From Hydrogenophaga intermedia (lineage in GTDB: Bacteria; Pseudomonadota; Gammaproteobacteria; Burkholderiales; Burkholderiaceae_C), in contig CALRPU020000010.1 in assembly GCA_943370175.1 (NCBI GenBank), positions 61,984-93,983 of the forward strand: a DNA stretch of 32,000 bases, in the 5' to 3' direction. The translations under genes and the position numbers were made by a program. The stretch's first letter is position 1. Each line of letters begins with the position of its first letter. Positions 31,760 through 32,000 of the stretch are shown here, one piece after another. The notes beneath the pieces are model-generated. The model was not told the DNA's origin and ran no database searches. It saw only the letters and a list, made by a program, of their open reading frames with translations.

Positions 31760-32000
31760 GCCGACCCCCGTTCGATGTCCCTTGCGTCGCGGCACAGGCG
31801 GCGAAGCCAGGCGAGGGTGTCGTCGCCGTGGGAGGTTGTGCGCGTGGCTGGGTCGGTGACCTGGAAGAACTGCGCCTGCGAGCGCTCGAAGAAGCTCACC
31901 AGCCGATCCCGCAAGGGCGCGAAGCGCGGCTGTGCTTGAAGAAAGTCGTCCAGCCCGTGGCCGAACACGACGCGGCCATGGCTGTCATTGAGCGCCTGGT
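31756..32000 (-). CDS. C-terminal fragment of the gene preceding the mxaC-like gene (occupies the MxaA/MxaS position); product not identifiable from the fragment
   Basis: The minus-strand frame is open from 32000 to the stop at 31756 (...QALNDSHGRVVFGHGLDDFLQAQPRFAPLRDRLVSFFERSQAQFFQV...). The stop overlaps the mxaC-like ATG. The identity rests on synteny only. Confidence 0.4.
   Translation of the reverse strand, partial: QALNDSHGRVVFGHGLDDFLQAQPRFAPLRDRLVSFFERSQAQFFQVTDPATRTTSHGDDTLAWLRRLCRDARDIERGSA

Overview
This is a high-GC methylotrophy island; a Burkholderiales-type betaproteobacterium is my inference from composition and gene content. I recognised no rRNA, tRNA, CRISPR array, IS element or phage gene.

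**Positions 1-22.3 kb: tetrahydromethanopterin (H4MPT) / methanofuran-linked formaldehyde oxidation and cofactor biosynthesis.**
- fhcB-fhcA-fhcD lie on the minus strand; fhcD is cut by the window start.
- A HisA/HisF-like barrel gene lies head-to-head with a plus-strand mfnD-like / mfnF-like / mfnE-like trio.
- A minus-strand operon reads flavoprotein (AfpA/DmrB-like), dihydropteroate-synthase-like, DUF447, mfnB. A fused SoxY-SoxZ-like exported carrier follows it.
- A GAF/AAA+/HTH sigma-54 activator gene sits between the operons.
- A plus-strand operon reads folB-like, mptG, mtdB, ATP-grasp, mch, RimK-like ligase, CitG-like, followed by fae.

**Positions 22.4-32 kb: methanol oxidation.**
- xoxF carries the lanthanide-type Asp-x-Asp motif and is followed by a small c-type cytochrome and a xoxJ-like binding protein.
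- Four more exported proteins follow: an S1 protease-TPR fusion, two unknowns and a metallo-beta-lactamase-fold hydrolase.
- These converge on mxaC/K/L-like genes, whose upstream partner is cut by the window end.

**Calling notes.** Many ORF-track entries are GC-driven shadow ORFs or over-extended starts. I re-picked starts from RBS, gene-overlap and family context. Eight gene junctions are 4-nt ATGA/GTGA overlaps, which suggests translational coupling.

**Main leads.**
1. A putative sigma-54 regulon for the H4MPT pathway. An exact -24/-12 element abuts the fhcB start codon, paired 17-bp palindromes lie upstream of it, and a second -24/-12 element with a related 17-mer precedes the folB-like operon.
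2. An uncharacterised periplasmic module downstream of xoxFGJ (SoxYZ-like thiol carrier, MBL hydrolase, protease-TPR, two Cys-bearing unknowns).

All regulatory calls are by-eye sequence inferences that need experimental or PWM confirmation.
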